A stretch of DNA of 64,000 bases, taken from NCBI GenBank assembly GCA_050633305.1, contig JBOEGF010000012.1, forward strand, positions 59,487 to 123,486. The letters are read 5' to 3'. This document shows, piece after piece, positions 59,051-64,000 of the stretch. A program made the position numbers and the translations under genes. Every line of letters starts with the position of its first letter. Position 1 is the first letter of the stretch. The stretch comes from Nannocystales bacterium (GTDB taxonomy: Bacteria; Myxococcota_A; Polyangia; Nannocystales; Nannocystaceae). A model generated the notes under the pieces. That model did no database searches. It saw nothing but the letters and a program-made list of their open reading frames with translations, and had not been told where the DNA came from.

Positions 59051-60483
59051 TCAGCCGTGGGGCGGGACCGTGACGGAGTCCGCAACCCGCGAAAGCGAGC
59101 GTTCCATCTTCTCGTTCGCCCCGCATAACGCCCATGCCCAACCATTCTTCCCCAGACGCGGGTCGAGCTGCTCACCCATCCAAGTGGTGAGCAGCTCGGG
59201 CTGCACGGAGAGCATCGCGGTCGCGTCGGAGGCGAGCGCGCGAGGGATGTCCGACTCTGTGCTGGCGAGGTCCATGGCTTCGCTCCAAAGCGCGGTCCAG
59301 TCCTCTCCCTCGAGGCTGGCCTGAACCACTCGCGCTCCAAGCCACAGCTGCGCCGCGGTGAAAAGTCGCTGCGAGGGGGCGCGTGTTTTTCCGCCACCGG
59401 CAAGAGCCTCCACCAGACCTTGCGCCCGAGACTCGATGCTCTTCTCGCTGACCGCGGTGCTGATCGTGAACACCGACACGGGGCCGGAGATGGCGAGTCG
59501 TGCGTCCTGGGTCTCTGCGAGCAGGCGCTGGGCCAACCGCGCGTTGGCCCGGGCTTGCACGGTCGGAGTGCCGAGCCGGCAGGCCATGACCAGTTTCCCG
59601 CTGCCGCTGCCACCCTCGCTGGGAAGCAGCAGCGGTGCCCCGTCATCGGTCATGAGGTGTTGCGGGTTCTTGATCGGGCGAGCTGTCCACCGAAGTCGCG
59701 CCAAGCTCGACTCCAGAGCTTCGCGTCGTCCCTCACCGGTCCAGCCGGAGAACGCGGCCAGCAACGAGGGGAGCTCTTCGGGTGCTTGGGGCGCATGGAT
59801 GACCATCACGCATCGACGCGGGTCGAGAAGCTGGGTCCATGCGGCCGTGAGCTGGTCACCGGTTTGGAGCTCGGCTCGACTCGAGTCGACGCGTTGGGAA
59901 TCGAGTGAGACGTCGAAGAGGGAGGCGACCGCGGCGGCGGTCGCAATCTCGAGCGTTGTGCGGGTCTTGGCATCCCGGGTCGCGCGGGCGCGGGCCTGCA
60001 GAAGCGACGCCGGCAATCCGCGGTTGTTCTTGGCGGTGCGTGCGAGCGGACGGGCGAGGGCAACCGCGATGCGTGGGAGGTCCGCGGCGGGGCCGGAGAC
60101 GGAGAGCTCGAGCCGTCCGGGGCGCCGGGTCTGTCGCAGCCGAGCGGGGACGCGGCCGAGGCCACGCCGGACAGCGTGACGGAGGGCACCCCCGACCGAG
60201 CGGACGGCGAGCGCCGCAAGTGGCTGACCGTCGGCATGGTCGGGCATCATCAGGCGCACGTGGGCTGTCGTCGCACCAGGGTCGCGTAGCCAGTACGTGA
60301 GCAGTCCAGAGTCGAGCGTGGCGCGAGCGGGCGCGGGCCAGGGAGGCGCGAGCTTGCCGAGGGCGTCCGCCCGTTCGGGGACCGGCGCTTCGTCCCAGAT
60401 CTCCGGAACGATGGGGTCCTTGTTGCGCTTGCACGCGGCGACGAGCGCGGCGATGCCGGCGAGAAGGGCGCGTCGTTGGGGAT

Positions 60484-60487
<4 letters not shown>
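59051..60487 (-). CDS. Divergent M16 (insulinase)-like subunit with Tat/lipoprotein signal
   Basis: QRRALL...VAAC; TLDSGL start of an M16-like fold; coupled to the upstream M16 gene. Confidence 0.5.
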
Positions 60488-63299
<2,812 letters not shown>

Positions 63300-63360
63300 T
63301 CAATGTGCAGCACTGCGGCTGTTGACGCCGCGTCGCAGGGGCCCGTACGGTGCGTGAACC

Positions 63361-64000
63361 ATGCGCGAGGTCGTCATCGGCTTGCTCGGGGCCGGCAACG
63401 TGGGGGGCGGCGTAGCGCGCATCCTCCAGGAAAACCAGGCTGACATCGAACGGCGCCTGGGCGCCTCGGTCCGGGTCAAGAAGATCCTCGTCCGGGACCT
63501 CGAGCGAGCTCGCGACGCCACGATGCCGCGGGCGCTGCTGACGACCGACCCCCGAGAGGTCCTCGAGGACCCGGAGATCCGGATCGTTGTCGAGCTGATG
63601 GGAGGCATCGAGCCGGCCCTGACGATGGTTCTCGAAGCGCTCTCGCGCAGCAAACACGTGGTGACCGCCAACAAGGCGTTGATGGCCACCCACGGCAAGG
63701 TGTTGTTCGCCGAGGCCCAGCGGCGCGGGGTCGCGATCAACTTCGAAGCAGCCGTCGCTGGAGGCATTCCGATCCTCCGAGCGCTTCGTGAAGGCTTGGC
63801 CAGTGACCGCATCGAGCGCATCACCGGGATCGTCAACGGCACGTGCAACTACATCCTCGACGCGATGAGTCGCACGGGCGCGGCCTATGCCGACGCCCTG
63901 AAAGAGGCCCAGGCCGCTGGGTTTGCGGAGGCAGACCCAACGCTCGATGTCGGGGGAGGCGACGCGGCTCAGAAACTGAGTCTCCTGACATTGCTCGCCT
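63361..64000 (+). CDS. hom: Homoserine dehydrogenase (3' partial)
   Basis: Translated from ATG 63361: IGLLGAGNVGGGV, VELMGG, HVVTANKA, FEAAVAGGIP, GIVNGTCNYIL, GFAEADPT.DV.G.DAAQK. Confidence 0.95.
   Translation, partial: MREVVIGLLGAGNVGGGVARILQENQADIERRLGASVRVKKILVRDLERARDATMPRALLTTDPREVLEDPEIRIVVELMGGIEPALTMVLEALSRSKHVVTANKALMATHGKVLFAEAQRRGVAINFEAAVAGGIPILRALREGLASDRIERITGIVNGTCNYILDAMSRTGAAYADALKEAQAAGFAEADPTLDVGGGDAAQKLSLLTLLA

Overview
A GC-rich bacterial chromosomal window. It is most likely from a myxobacterium (Myxococcota, Nannocystaceae-like), inferred from many Cys-rich and Thr/Ser/Gly/Asp-linker lipoproteins, three sigma-54 activators, an FHA-domain activator, a Ser/Thr kinase and a gspC-N operon. 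It contains housekeeping genes (plsB-like, gpsA-like, fpg-like, lnt, rsmE, thiC with a TPP riboswitch, aat, fused moaD-moaE, fabH, queD, rpmB, eno, partial hom) and a type II secretion operon (gspC to gspN, no gspO; 15.4-30.4 kb) behind an NtrC-family regulator with a good sigma-54 promoter candidate. The standout is a compact operon at 32302-37504 that looks like an undescribed RiPP-type, lipoprotein-modifying system. It has two paralogous lipoprotein-like precursors with an invariant 17-aa leader, repeated GPCL/CLDV cores and a shared C-terminal motif. These are followed by a radical SAM/SPASM enzyme, a B12-dependent radical SAM enzyme fused to a PIMT-like domain, and an HExxH protein. Directly downstream, an ECF sigma factor and a thioredoxin are transcribed divergently from mirror-image GTAAG-N15-CACCTGAG-N6-ATG elements. 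I saw no rRNA, tRNA, CRISPR array or mobile element. All calls come from motif reading by eye; no database searches were run.
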